A DNA stretch of 64,000 nt, taken from the IMG/VR virus record IMGVR_UViG_2880389630_000005; one strand, given 5' to 3'. The translations under genes were made by a program, and so were the position numbers. A model generated the notes under the pieces. The model was not told the origin of the DNA, searched no databases, and saw only the letters and a list, made by a program, of their open reading frames with translations. How positions within the stretch are numbered: position 1 is the stretch's first letter; every line of letters starts with the position of its first letter. This DNA is from a virus (lineage: Duplodnaviria; Heunggongvirae; Uroviricota; Caudoviricetes). Positions 21,020 to 30,690 of this stretch are shown here, piece by piece.

Positions 21020-22078
21020 TTATTTGCGCAAGGCCCGGCAAATCAGATTCGATAGCAACTCAAGCTGATGTGCCGTTTCCATGTTCAGCCACACATAACC
21101 ATAGATTGGTGTTTCCAAGACTTTCAGGTCATGGTGGTTATCGAGCAACTGACGCAGCTCTTCCACAGCATCGTTCAATTTTTCCGTATTGGCAAAAACC
21201 GGCTGCGGATTACCTTCGTACAGCGCATGAACAAGGCTCAGCAGTATTTGCTGCATCATGTGCTGGGTATCACGAAGTTTTTGCGCGTTCAATAACACGA
21301 AATGGCTGGGGCGCGTGGCCCAGTATGCATTGATTTGCAACTCCAGCATACAAACCAGATTGCGATTAATGGTCTGGATACCTTCATATATCGATTTGGG
21401 AATACGGGTTTCTTTGCTGGCGGGCGCAATCAGCCCACGCATTTTCACGGCATCGGTCAGGAGTTTTTGTAGATGGCTTTCCAGACGTGGGCGTTCGAGT
21501 AAGTTCGGTGAGAATGCAGATTGATAGACCCGATTATACTCGGTCAGACTTTTCGCCAGTTGAATGCGCCAGTGGATGAACGCCCGTTGTGGCCAGATAC
21601 CGGTAAACAACATTGCCAGTAAAGAGCCGAGGATCACATCGCCGCTTCGCCATAACGCCGTATCAATTTCACCTGTCGGGGAACCCACAACAATTGCCAG
21701 CGTCACCCCAATCAATAATCCTTGATACGGTTTCTTGCCCAGCGCCAGCCAACCGCAAAGAAACATCGCCGCCGCGCACCAGACTAACATCAGCGGTAAC
21801 GAAATTAACTCCAGTTGCAGAGCGATAAGACCTAAAATCGAACCCAACACCGTACCGCCAATACGTTCGAAGGCACGAGGGACAACGTTCCCCCAGAACG
21901 AGATTGGCCCCATAATCACCACCATGGTGACCAGCGGCCAGGTGCTTTCCGGGATAGTAAACAGGCGGATAATGAGAAAAGTGAGCAGGAATGCCAGCGC
22001 GACCCGAGTACCATGCACAATGCGGTAATGGCGGTATACCCGGATTTCAAACGGGCTTAATGACTTATCGGCACGCAC
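21020..22078 (-). CDS. yeeA: inner membrane protein YeeA
   Basis: Multi-pass membrane protein; GTG start (VRADKSLSPFEIRVYRHYRIVHG...) gives about 352 aa. Confidence 0.75.
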   Translation of the reverse strand: MRADKSLSPFEIRVYRHYRIVHGTRVALAFLLTFLIIRLFTIPESTWPLVTMVVIMGPISFWGNVVPRAFERIGGTVLGSILGLIALQLELISLPLMLVWCAAAMFLCGWLALGKKPYQGLLIGVTLAIVVGSPTGEIDTALWRSGDVILGSLLAMLFTGIWPQRAFIHWRIQLAKSLTEYNRVYQSAFSPNLLERPRLESHLQKLLTDAVKMRGLIAPASKETRIPKSIYEGIQTINRNLVCMLELQINAYWATRPSHFVLLNAQKLRDTQHMMQQILLSLVHALYEGNPQPVFANTEKLNDAVEELRQLLDNHHDLKVLETPIYGYVWLNMETAHQLELLSNLICRALRK

Positions 22079-22275
22079 GCAGAAACTCCGTAATGAAGAT
22101 GAAAAGCGCTCATAACACATCTGTCGGCCAGAAGGCGCGCCTCTGAGTTATCCGACGGACATACCGGGAACAGTGTAATTTCCCGGCAGGAGCGAAAAAT
22201 TTGAAAGGCGCATCTTACTCTTTTCGCTTTCAAAAAAAGAGTGGTCTTCGCGTTAACACACCGCCCTGAGATGAA

Positions 22276-22749
22276 TTAGTGATGTTTTGGCTGCACCGCA
22301 ACATACATTTCGATATCCCAGTACCCATCTTCCGCGCCATTGTTCAAGTAAACCTCGAAGCAGGGCTTTGGTAACATTTCATAAGCACTGTCCTGCAAGA
22401 GGCTATTAAAGAACTGATACCAGGGTTTAGCAAAATCATCACCGACTACACGAGCCACCGCCACCGCATACTGACCACCTGAAATTTCTGTCAGAATGAC
22501 GCCCTCACTGTTTTCGGGGAGCGTAAAGTTATTCGGTACCGTCACGACGGTGTCGCAGCGTAATTTTTCGGCGGGTGTTTCATCTGGATTGTCGTAATAG
22601 ACAGCAACCCACTCCTTCGGCACAATATTTTTGCTATCTATCCACATCATCAACTGCTCAAAACCTTTCTTTACCATCTGCTCCCACGGGCCAACAAGAT
22701 GGAAACCTGCAACGGTACGTTTATCTTCCTGCTTAATCTCGTAGTTCAT
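22276..22749 (-). CDS. sbmC: DNA gyrase inhibitor SbmC (GyrI)
   Basis: 157 aa; matches remembered SbmC; LexA box upstream. Confidence 0.9.
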   Translation of the reverse strand: MNYEIKQEDKRTVAGFHLVGPWEQMVKKGFEQLMMWIDSKNIVPKEWVAVYYDNPDETPAEKLRCDTVVTVPNNFTLPENSEGVILTEISGGQYAVAVARVVGDDFAKPWYQFFNSLLQDSAYEMLPKPCFEVYLNNGAEDGYWDIEMYVAVQPKHH

Positions 22750-22765
22750 GACGCCTCCACTAACA

Positions 22766-22781
22766 CTGTTTTTATATACAG
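22766..22781. promoter_or_regulatory. LexA (SOS) box upstream of sbmC
   Basis: CTGTTTTTATATACAG fits CTGT-N8-ACAG, about 20 bp upstream of sbmC start. Confidence 0.6.
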
Positions 22782-22867
22782 TATAGTTGCAATATTAAAA
22801 CCACAAGGAATGAGTGTTGATTATGCGAGCAGACTCGCACTCCTGCCAGTCTGCTGCAAAAGAAAGG

Positions 22868-24040
22868 TCAGGCCTTATGGTGGAAATAATCACTCAGGCG
22901 GGAAAACATGCTGCCTTCCCCGACAGATTCCAGGGTAACCAGCGGCCAGTGCGCCACCTGTTTATCACGGTCGTAAAGTTCAATTTCCCCTACCCGCTGA
23001 TGGGCGCTAATTGGCGCGGTGAGTTCTTTACCATCAAGGGTATATTTGGCTTTGATATGTGGAATTTCGGCTTTCGGTAGCACCATCCAGAACTCTTGTT
23101 CCGTTCCCAGGGCGATATTTTCTTTATCACCATACCAGATGCGTTCCGTACCGACCTTTTTCCCACGGTGCAAAATTTGCACCGTAGTAAAGTTTTGTTG
23201 CCCCCAACGCAGTAATTTTCTTGCCTCTTCCTCACGACCTTTTGCGCTGTCAGCCCCCATTACCACTGCAATGAGGCGACGCTGCCCGTCTACAGCCGAA
23301 GCAATAAGATTAAACCCGGCACCAGAAGTATGGCCCGTTTTCAGGCCGTCAACATTCATGGTTTTATCCCACAATAACCCGTTACGGTTTTGCTGGGTGA
23401 TACCGTTCCAGGTGAGGCTTTTCTCACTGTACATATGATAAAACTCGGGCTCGCCGTGGATGATAGCGCGAGAAAGCACGGCTAAATCATAAGCCGAGCT
23501 ATGCTGGCCAGGTGCATCCAGACCATGCACTGTTTCAAAATGCGTATCCTTGAGATGCAGCTTCTCGGCATAGTTGTTCATCATTTCAACAAACTGCCGT
23601 TGCCCACCGGCAATATAGTCAGCCAGAGCAACACAAGCGTCATTTCCGGAATCCACAATTAAACCACGGCTTAAATCACGTACCGATACGCGATCGCCCT
23701 CTTTCAAAAACATCAGTGAAGAACCGACAAACACCGGATTATCTTTCGCCCACGCATCACGCCCCACGGTGACAATATCGTCTGGCGTAATGCGATGACT
23801 ATCGATAGCGCGATCCACGACATAGCCCGTCATCAGCTTTGTCAGGCTGGCGGGATTGCGCTGTTGATGCTCATTACCCGCGGTGAGAATCTGACCGGTG
23901 GTGTAATCCATCAATACCCAGGACCCGGCATGAATCTCTGGAGGCTGAGGTGAAAAAGGAATGTTTTCCGCCGCAAAACCAGACGATAAATTAAAAACGA
24001 ACAAAGAAGCAGCAATAATAAGACGGCGTTTCAACAGCAA
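22868..24040 (-). CDS. dacD: D-alanyl-D-alanine carboxypeptidase DacD (PBP6b)
   Basis: 390 aa with signal peptide; SxxK (SLTK), SGN and KTG motifs; matches remembered DacD. Confidence 0.9.
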   Translation of the reverse strand: MLLKRRLIIAASLFVFNLSSGFAAENIPFSPQPPEIHAGSWVLMDYTTGQILTAGNEHQQRNPASLTKLMTGYVVDRAIDSHRITPDDIVTVGRDAWAKDNPVFVGSSLMFLKEGDRVSVRDLSRGLIVDSGNDACVALADYIAGGQRQFVEMMNNYAEKLHLKDTHFETVHGLDAPGQHSSAYDLAVLSRAIIHGEPEFYHMYSEKSLTWNGITQQNRNGLLWDKTMNVDGLKTGHTSGAGFNLIASAVDGQRRLIAVVMGADSAKGREEEARKLLRWGQQNFTTVQILHRGKKVGTERIWYGDKENIALGTEQEFWMVLPKAEIPHIKAKYTLDGKELTAPISAHQRVGEIELYDRDKQVAHWPLVTLESVGEGSMFSRLSDYFHHKA

Positions 24041-24827
24041 ACCCTCAGGTGTTTCAAATAGCTGTTCTTTTTACGGAAATACTTATGAACTGGCTGGAAT
24101 AAAGTGCAAGAAAATGTGACTACTATCTCATTTTTATCTGACATGATCTGTTGCCACTCGCTGCCAAATTGTCGCGCTAAAGCTGATTAGCACGGTGATA
24201 TTTGATACTCTGGCAGACAGCAGAAATAACGGATTTAACCTAATGATGAATGACGGTAAGCAACAATCTACCTTTTTGTTTCACGATTACGCGCAACACC
24301 CCTGAGAACCGCCATGAACAAGGGTTTCATGATTTGTGATTTTAGTTTGGTACGCAATTTGGTACACAACACAATTTTCACTTCAGCGGGTAGTCATCAA
24401 ACTCACCATAACGAGCATCGTTGATGATGTATGTGATCACCACAAATATCACATCTGGACTAGTTCCGTCTTCATGCGCAGGTATTTGTTCACGCCTCCC
24501 TTTCTGCAAATCCTAAAGATGAGATTTTGGGGTTTTGGGATATCTTTTTATCCTCAGTTCTCTATCCATTCTACAAAGCAGTAATGAACCATCACCGTGT
24601 GATAGTGAGGCATCCGCTACGTTAAGCGCAGAGAAATGATGCAGTGGTGGTCGGACTGGATTGATGAAAAGGTGTAGCAACCAACATTGCTATATCTCAG
24701 ATAGCACAAAGCCTTGCAATCCAGTGCAAAGCTTTGTGTGTCTCAGTTTTTATAAATTCTTAAGCAAGAATTATAGTTATAACTATTATGTAAATTTTAT
24801 GATATATATTGTATTTAAATGCTGGTT

Positions 24828-26909
24828 TTACTTATTAACCCAACCTGTAGCATTTGTGTTGCTTTCCTTTATATAAAGTACTGTATTTCCACCTCCATCA
24901 GAACGAGTGTAAATAGAACCAACTGGTGCTCCAACTCCGCTAGATGTTGGGTTGCCTTCTTGCCCAAATATCACAAGTGAGCTTTTATCTGTAGCTTGAT
25001 TATTCTGTGTGGCTGATGTTCCAAATGAAACATTCCCTATAAATGACACGCTCTTACAGCTTGATGTAGCAAATATACCAACTGATGGTTTATTATTTGC
25101 AACGCCATCACGAATTTGATTTGAACTAACAATTACATTTTCTGCACCAGAGTCAATTCGTATGCCATTATGGTTATTATCTGCGGTAGAAACCCCAACT
25201 ATAATGTTTGATTGAATAGTAACATTTGAATATTTACCATTAATATGAATCCCATGCAGGGAAATATTTCTAAAGATGTTGCTAGAAATTACAACATCAT
25301 GCGAAAAACCAGACCCTATAAATTCTTCTGCATTAGTTTCAGAAATCCATAAAGAACTTGATGTTCCTGAATCGTATTCATTATTAGAGATGATTGATTT
25401 GTTAATAAAATCACCTTTGAAAAAACCGATTCCGCCTCTTGCTGTGTTTCCAGTGACAGTTAGTCCTGAAACCCATCTTGCGTCTACTGCATATGATTGA
25501 GACTCTGTAATAAACATGGAATTGTTGGATATTACGATATCTTCATGAAATGCATCTGATGTATCTGTATATGGATATGTAGGTGCAGCCAGAAGAATCG
25601 GGGATCTAACGCCTTCAAAATAATTGCCAACAATGCGCCCCCTCCTTGCCCCCTGTGGTTTTGATGATGATGGGAATGGGGTTACATGAACTCCTCGCGC
25701 GGTACTGTTATAGAAAGAGCATCCGCTAACCACCCAATCATACCAGTTGAAAACCCTTACCCCGGCAAAGAGCATTCCATCGAACCTGCAGTTTATGACC
25801 CTTATATTTTTGTCCTGATTCCCATATGAATTAGCATGGTTCCCAACCCCCACCCCCCACGCCCCAAACCCAGTGGTGGTATTTTGTGGATTTGAACCAA
25901 AATAACAGTTATCAACAAGAACATTGATGTTTGGGTAATAATCGCCAAGAGATTCAATCCCCGGATCTAACTGGATCGCTTCTGAATAATTTCGGTTGGA
26001 AAGTGGTTTGAAGCCAAGAAACTTACAGTCTCTTATAATCACCCCTTGCCCGTCAGCAATATCTACAGCATGAAAATCGACTACATCAAGAAATGTTACT
26101 CCAACAATAGAAAGATTTCTTGGTGAGGAGGCTGCAATGATGTCAAAAGGATCTGTAGGGTGGTCTTGTCCTCCTCCATCTAGTATTCCGCCTGTTATTT
26201 TAATGTTAGTGCCAGTATTAGGGCTTATTCTCAGCATGACGTCATTAGAAAAATTACGTTTAATGGTTACGCCATCAGTCATCTTTAGGTGAGTATTTGA
26301 TTTTATTTGCAACTCAGAAAGCAAAGTATATATGCCTGGTAGTGAAAACTGTAGTGTACCTCCTCCAATGCTATATATTGCATCTAGCGCAAATTGCAGA
26401 GCTACTTTATTGTCAGCATTCGATGGATGAGCACCGAAGTCAAGAACATCAATGATTTGTTGGTTCTTTTGGTGTTGAGTTTGATTTGCTGCTCCGGGGA
26501 ATGGTTGTTTCACCGACACTAATTCATCCCCATCACCATCATCAAAGGATGCCAACCTCTTCTGAAACTGATCAGGGTCATACTTCAGCACATTAGGAAA
26601 ATAAAACTGCTGCGCACCATATGCATCATAAACAGCCATAGAATGGCCCTGTACAGTAACGAATTTGGCAATCTGTCCGTTATATACAGGGTAACCAGCA
26701 GCGTTAATGATGATTGGTTGCGAAACAGGAACGTGAGAACCATCTTCGTTCTCTACATAAACTTGAATCTGGTTTTCAGGATTTACCGGGTCAGTGTCAA
26801 TTTTACCGATATAAATTTTGCCATTGGCTACGGCTTTAAAAGAACGCGCCATAGTGAAGAGTTGCGAAGGCATACTCACTACAACATTGGCATTTATCGA
26901 ATCTGTCAT
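24828..26909 (-). CDS. P22-like tailspike protein
   Basis: 693 aa; N-terminal ~115 aa closely match the P22 gp9 head-binding domain ([22 protein letters not shown]...VLKYDPDQ); divergent beta-helix C-terminus. Confidence 0.85.
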   Translation of the reverse strand: MTDSINANVVVSMPSQLFTMARSFKAVANGKIYIGKIDTDPVNPENQIQVYVENEDGSHVPVSQPIIINAAGYPVYNGQIAKFVTVQGHSMAVYDAYGAQQFYFPNVLKYDPDQFQKRLASFDDGDGDELVSVKQPFPGAANQTQHQKNQQIIDVLDFGAHPSNADNKVALQFALDAIYSIGGGTLQFSLPGIYTLLSELQIKSNTHLKMTDGVTIKRNFSNDVMLRISPNTGTNIKITGGILDGGGQDHPTDPFDIIAASSPRNLSIVGVTFLDVVDFHAVDIADGQGVIIRDCKFLGFKPLSNRNYSEAIQLDPGIESLGDYYPNINVLVDNCYFGSNPQNTTTGFGAWGVGVGNHANSYGNQDKNIRVINCRFDGMLFAGVRVFNWYDWVVSGCSFYNSTARGVHVTPFPSSSKPQGARRGRIVGNYFEGVRSPILLAAPTYPYTDTSDAFHEDIVISNNSMFITESQSYAVDARWVSGLTVTGNTARGGIGFFKGDFINKSIISNNEYDSGTSSSLWISETNAEEFIGSGFSHDVVISSNIFRNISLHGIHINGKYSNVTIQSNIIVGVSTADNNHNGIRIDSGAENVIVSSNQIRDGVANNKPSVGIFATSSCKSVSFIGNVSFGTSATQNNQATDKSSLVIFGQEGNPTSSGVGAPVGSIYTRSDGGGNTVLYIKESNTNATGWVNK

Positions 26910-27076
26910 TTAATTTGCTCCAGATACAAGGAATCGCCGCAGCATGGCTACGGTGAGTTTTTTGTGATAAAACAACTTTTTCGGAAGTTATTTTGTTCGC
27001 TTTTCGACCTACACTTTTTGTGTAGGTCTCTCCTTCAAGCTCATTGCCTAAGTGTGGCTACGGTGAATTTTGGGCA

Positions 27077-27100
27077 TAAAAAACCCAGCCGAAGCTGGGT
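27077..27100 (-). terminator. rho-independent terminator downstream of ant
   Basis: On - strand ACCCAGCTTCGGCTGGGT followed by TTTTTT. Confidence 0.55.
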
Positions 27101-27118
27101 CGTTGCGTTGGTTATCTG

Positions 27119-28021
27119 TCAGTAGTTATGTACTGAAGGAGGTAATTCTTTATTCTTAAGTCTCATCCATGCGGAAAGATTCGTTGGTCCGTCTGGCTCA
27201 TTGATATCAACATCTCGTGTGTGATTGATTAAAACGTCTCTCGCCATTCCGATAACATACGAGAACTCATGACCGTAGTCGTAGCATCTGCCGGAATAGT
27301 TCGATTGAATTTGTTTTAATGCCGGATACAGTTCGCGGAATAATGCCTGTGAACGGTTAGCATAATCCCATAGCCATACAAGGCTGTTTGCTTCTTTTGC
27401 GGAAAGCTCGTTGGTTTTCTTCTCTTGTTTGCCGATGAATTCGCCTTCAAGCACTACCCTGTGGATGTACTCTACGGCTTGCGGTATCTGAGACGCATCA
27501 AGCTCTTCAATACTTTCCACATTGAAACGCTGATGAATCATTGCATAAGCTTCTGGGTACATTAGATGCTTTTTGCTGACCAGCATATTTACAGCATCAC
27601 GAAGCGGAGTCCTGTCATCAACAGATGTTTTCTTACGTGCATTTTCTGCCTTTCCCTTTGTCCAGTAGTCATGCAGCACGGTAAAGCATTCTTCCTGGTA
27701 CTGAATCAGTTTATCGCGGATGTCATCACGAACTTTCTCAGGGTTGATGCTGAACAGCCATCCATTTAACTTCTTCAAAGGAAGGCAGAGTAGCTTACGA
27801 AGCTTTCCATCAGCAGCAACCATATTCATATGAATACAGTTGAACTTATCTAGTTGTTTCATAAGTTTTTGTTGCTGAGTACCCCAGCTCATTCCGAGGT
27901 TTTCAACGATTGGCTTCATCGCAACATATGCAACTCCGGCAGCCATGGCGGTGATAATTTGCTGACCGTTGAATGGCACGTAAGAGGTGTTCACTGCTTC
28001 TAAAATTGCTATACTATTCAT
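27119..28021 (-). CDS. ant: antirepressor Ant
   Basis: About 300 aa from ATG ([21 protein letters not shown]...); ORF track's 28051 is an upstream TTG; position downstream of arc. Confidence 0.7.
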   Translation of the reverse strand: MNSIAILEAVNTSYVPFNGQQIITAMAAGVAYVAMKPIVENLGMSWGTQQQKLMKQLDKFNCIHMNMVAADGKLRKLLCLPLKKLNGWLFSINPEKVRDDIRDKLIQYQEECFTVLHDYWTKGKAENARKKTSVDDRTPLRDAVNMLVSKKHLMYPEAYAMIHQRFNVESIEELDASQIPQAVEYIHRVVLEGEFIGKQEKKTNELSAKEANSLVWLWDYANRSQALFRELYPALKQIQSNYSGRCYDYGHEFSYVIGMARDVLINHTRDVDINEPDGPTNLSAWMRLKNKELPPSVHNY

Positions 28022-28083
28022 GTTGGTTTTTCTCCAAGGATTTACCGACAACCGAAGCCCTGACTGTTACCGCAGTTGGGGCT

Positions 28084-28308
28084 TCAACTTTTCACTTCTT
28101 TAAAGTGCCTACCTTCTACAGTTGCTCTGAGATAAAAATTCTTATCTTTACCGTTTAGTGCTTCCCAAGCATCAACAATGCACTTATTACAGATGTGGAC
28201 TTCTCGATAACCAATAGCTTTCCTGTCAATATTAGTGAACATAACAGCTTCTTTATCTGTCAATGTGGATGCATGACAGAAGTCGCAATCTATATAAGAT
28301 ACCTTCAT
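28084..28308 (-). CDS. Cys-rich small protein (putative zinc ribbon) in arc-ant operon
   Basis: 74 aa with CDFC...CNKC; sits between arc and ant, overlapping the arc stop. Confidence 0.4.
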   Translation of the reverse strand: MKVSYIDCDFCHASTLTDKEAVMFTNIDRKAIGYREVHICNKCIVDAWEALNGKDKNFYLRATVEGRHFKEVKS

Positions 28309-28463
28309 ACCGTTATCCCCTCTCTCTTCAGGCTGTCCATCACTCGCTTGTAAATCTCAGAGTTAACAGATCGCCCGTTCTCTTCCGCCACCTTACGCAC
28401 CAAATCCAATACTTCTTTAGGCCACCGCAAATTGAACTGCGGCATTTTGCTCATTCCTTTCAT
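28305..28463 (-). CDS. arc: Arc repressor
   Basis: 52 aa from internal Met; MKGMSKMPQFNLRWPKEVLDLVRKVAEENGRSVNSEIYKRVM matches P22 Arc. Confidence 0.85.
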   Translation of the reverse strand: MKGMSKMPQFNLRWPKEVLDLVRKVAEENGRSVNSEIYKRVMDSLKREGITV

Positions 28464-28479
28464 ATTCACCTCACAATAT

Positions 28480-28530
28480 AGGTCCACCGTGGACCTATTG
28501 AGAATATAGTAGAGTGCTTCTATCATGTCA
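28480..28530. promoter_or_regulatory. immI control region: Mnt operator and Arc operator, divergent Pant/Pmnt
   Basis: 17-bp palindrome AGGTCCACCGTGGACCT (Mnt operator-like) and ATAGTAGAGTGCTTCTATCAT (Arc operator-like) between arc and mnt. Confidence 0.7.
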
Positions 28531-28553
28531 ATACACTAACTTGGGGTGATGGC

Positions 28554-28808
28554 ATGGCTAGAGACGATCCGCACTTTAACTTCCGTATGCCTTTGGAAGT
28601 AAGAGAAAAATTGAAATTAAGAGCAGAGGCTAACGGAAGGTCAATGAACTCTGAGTTATTACAAATCGTTCAGGATGCTCTCTCAAAGCCATCATCAATT
28701 GTAGGCTATCGAGACGAAGCTGAGCGAGTCGCGGATGAGCAATCTAACGTTGTTAAGAAGATGGTCTTTGAAACGCTGAAAAATATTTATAGCAAAAGTA
28801 AGTTATAG
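28554..28808 (+). CDS. mnt: Mnt repressor
   Basis: 84 aa; MARDDPHFNFRMP...GRSMNSELLQIVQDALSKP matches P22 Mnt. Confidence 0.85.
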   Translation: MARDDPHFNFRMPLEVREKLKLRAEANGRSMNSELLQIVQDALSKPSSIVGYRDEAERVADEQSNVVKKMVFETLKNIYSKSKL

Positions 28809-28857
28809 GCTTATGACGTACAGTTAACCATATCGATATTGGCTCGCGTGATGACAA

Positions 28858-29577
28858 ATGAAAAAAAGCAATGGACTCACATTAAAACTTGACGGAACCA
28901 CCCCTGGCCAGCTGTCAATGGCTAAGTTGGTCAAGTATATGTCTGCTCTCGTAGATCTATACGGTTCTGCAGATTCTGTTCACTTCGACTGTGTAAGTGA
29001 AGGATCGGCTGACTTAAATGCATGGGTCGATAATGATATTTGTTATAACGCTGTCATAGCAAGGGCCTCTCTCTCAGCCAAAGAGAAATCACCCGCGTAT
29101 CAAAAAATTGTTAATTTACTGGAACATGATGGTTTTTCAGCGAAACTACTCGGACGAAACCACTCAACCATTATCGCATTCCCGCGAGTAAAAAAGGAGC
29201 CAATCCCTTTACTCATAACAAAAACGTCAGAAGTTCAAGGAAGGCTATACAGTGTTGGTGGAAAAGACAACTCAATACCTGTGCGTATTGAGGGAGCCAA
29301 CGGTGAAACATTCAAGTGCGAGGCAACCCCTGATTTGGCGGCAGCTCTTGGGTCCCATCTATTCAAATATATTAGAGTTAAAGGAGATGGGTGCTGGGAA
29401 AAAAAGAACAACAAATGGGAGCTAAAGAAACTAAAAATAACTTCATTTGTATTGCTCAAAAAATCATCACTCAAGGATGCTATTAATGCTATCAAGCAAG
29501 TTCCTGGAGATCAGTGGTCCGAGGAACGCGATGTTGATTCAATCCTTAGGACTCTGAGGAAGATAAATTGCGAGTAA
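28858..29577 (+). CDS. hypothetical protein, first gene of accessory cassette
   Basis: 239 aa; AT-rich; no motif recognised; co-directional with mnt; 3' end overlaps next ORF by 10 nt. Confidence 0.5.
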   Translation: MKKSNGLTLKLDGTTPGQLSMAKLVKYMSALVDLYGSADSVHFDCVSEGSADLNAWVDNDICYNAVIARASLSAKEKSPAYQKIVNLLEHDGFSAKLLGRNHSTIIAFPRVKKEPIPLLITKTSEVQGRLYSVGGKDNSIPVRIEGANGETFKCEATPDLAAALGSHLFKYIRVKGDGCWEKKNNKWELKKLKITSFVLLKKSSLKDAINAIKQVPGDQWSEERDVDSILRTLRKINCE

Positions 29578-30116
29578 TTTTAGATACCAATATTCTGGTA
29601 TACCTACTATCAGATATAGAACACGATTATAGATTATCTGACCCTATACTTGGTTCTGAGATTCCAGATGCCAAAAGAAGAGCAGAAGCTCTTGTTGATC
29701 GAATAGATAACAAGAACGGGACAATCATCGTTCCAACTCCTGTATTGGCGGAGTTTTTAGTTGGAATCCATAAAGATTACCAACAAGAAAAACTGAATGT
29801 TATCAAATCGTTATCGTGCTTCGAGACTGTATCATTTGATGAGTTGGCTGCTATTGAATGCGCATCGATACCAACATTAAAAGAATTAAGGAAAATTAGC
29901 ACAGAAGGTACAGCAAATAAAATTAAGTTTGACAGACAAATAATAGCAATTGCAAGAGCAATTAATGCTGACGAGGTATGGACTCATGATAAGGGAGTGT
30001 TTGAGCGTTGCAAAAGTCTCAATATTCCTGTGTTCACATTGTCATCAATAGAACCAATTCCGGTTCAAAGTCTCATGGAGTTCTTACACGATTCAGACGA
30101 TCAGAGATTACACTAA
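29568..30116 (+). CDS. PIN-domain nuclease-like protein (VapC-like fold)
   Basis: 182 aa; N-terminal ILDTNIL, Glu in VLAEF, and FDRQIIAIARA...THDKGVF resemble the PIN acidic-residue signature. Confidence 0.55.
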   Translation: MRVILDTNILVYLLSDIEHDYRLSDPILGSEIPDAKRRAEALVDRIDNKNGTIIVPTPVLAEFLVGIHKDYQQEKLNVIKSLSCFETVSFDELAAIECASIPTLKELRKISTEGTANKIKFDRQIIAIARAINADEVWTHDKGVFERCKSLNIPVFTLSSIEPIPVQSLMEFLHDSDDQRLH

Positions 30117-30243
30117 AATATAATTTTTATGCATCCGTGATAATTACATCCGTCACGGATACATAAAGCTATAGCCAAAAGTGGACAAACCTTTATCTCA
30201 CTCCAAACCATCTGGTATCCTGCGTAAAACTAAGGAGGTTGGT

Positions 30244-30666
30244 GTGTTTGGTATATTAACGAGAAGCAAGATAAAAAAATTAAGGGCAGAACTCGCCGAA
30301 ACACAAAAACTGGCTTCACATTTTTACAAAATGAAATACGACGCTGAAGAGCGTGCATTTGTTGAGTTATGCGATTTATCTATTCGTATGGGAGTAGAGC
30401 CAGATGTAGCGGCAAAAACCCAACAAGGCATTGATATACTTGCAGATGTTGTTTTAAACAGGCAATATGCGTTTTATCTAAACGAGAAGGCCATTCAGAT
30501 TTACTCTCAAATCTTCCTCCTAGAAAAAAGAAGAGGAACTCACGATCGAGAAGAGTGGTTAAATGAAGTTGTTAAAAAATCTGGCTGGGAAGTTGTTTCA
30601 TCAGAGCTACCTCTTATTTGTGCTGATTTAATCGAAGAGGCAAAAGAGCGCCTATCCGATGGCTAA
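30244..30666 (+). CDS. hypothetical protein, third gene of accessory cassette
   Basis: About 140 aa from GTG preceded by AAGGAGG RBS (ORF track's first start is 30181); AT-rich. Confidence 0.45.
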   Translation: MFGILTRSKIKKLRAELAETQKLASHFYKMKYDAEERAFVELCDLSIRMGVEPDVAAKTQQGIDILADVVLNRQYAFYLNEKAIQIYSQIFLLEKRRGTHDREEWLNEVVKKSGWEVVSSELPLICADLIEEAKERLSDG

Positions 30667-30690
30667 ACGAATCCATCCGTGGATTACTAA

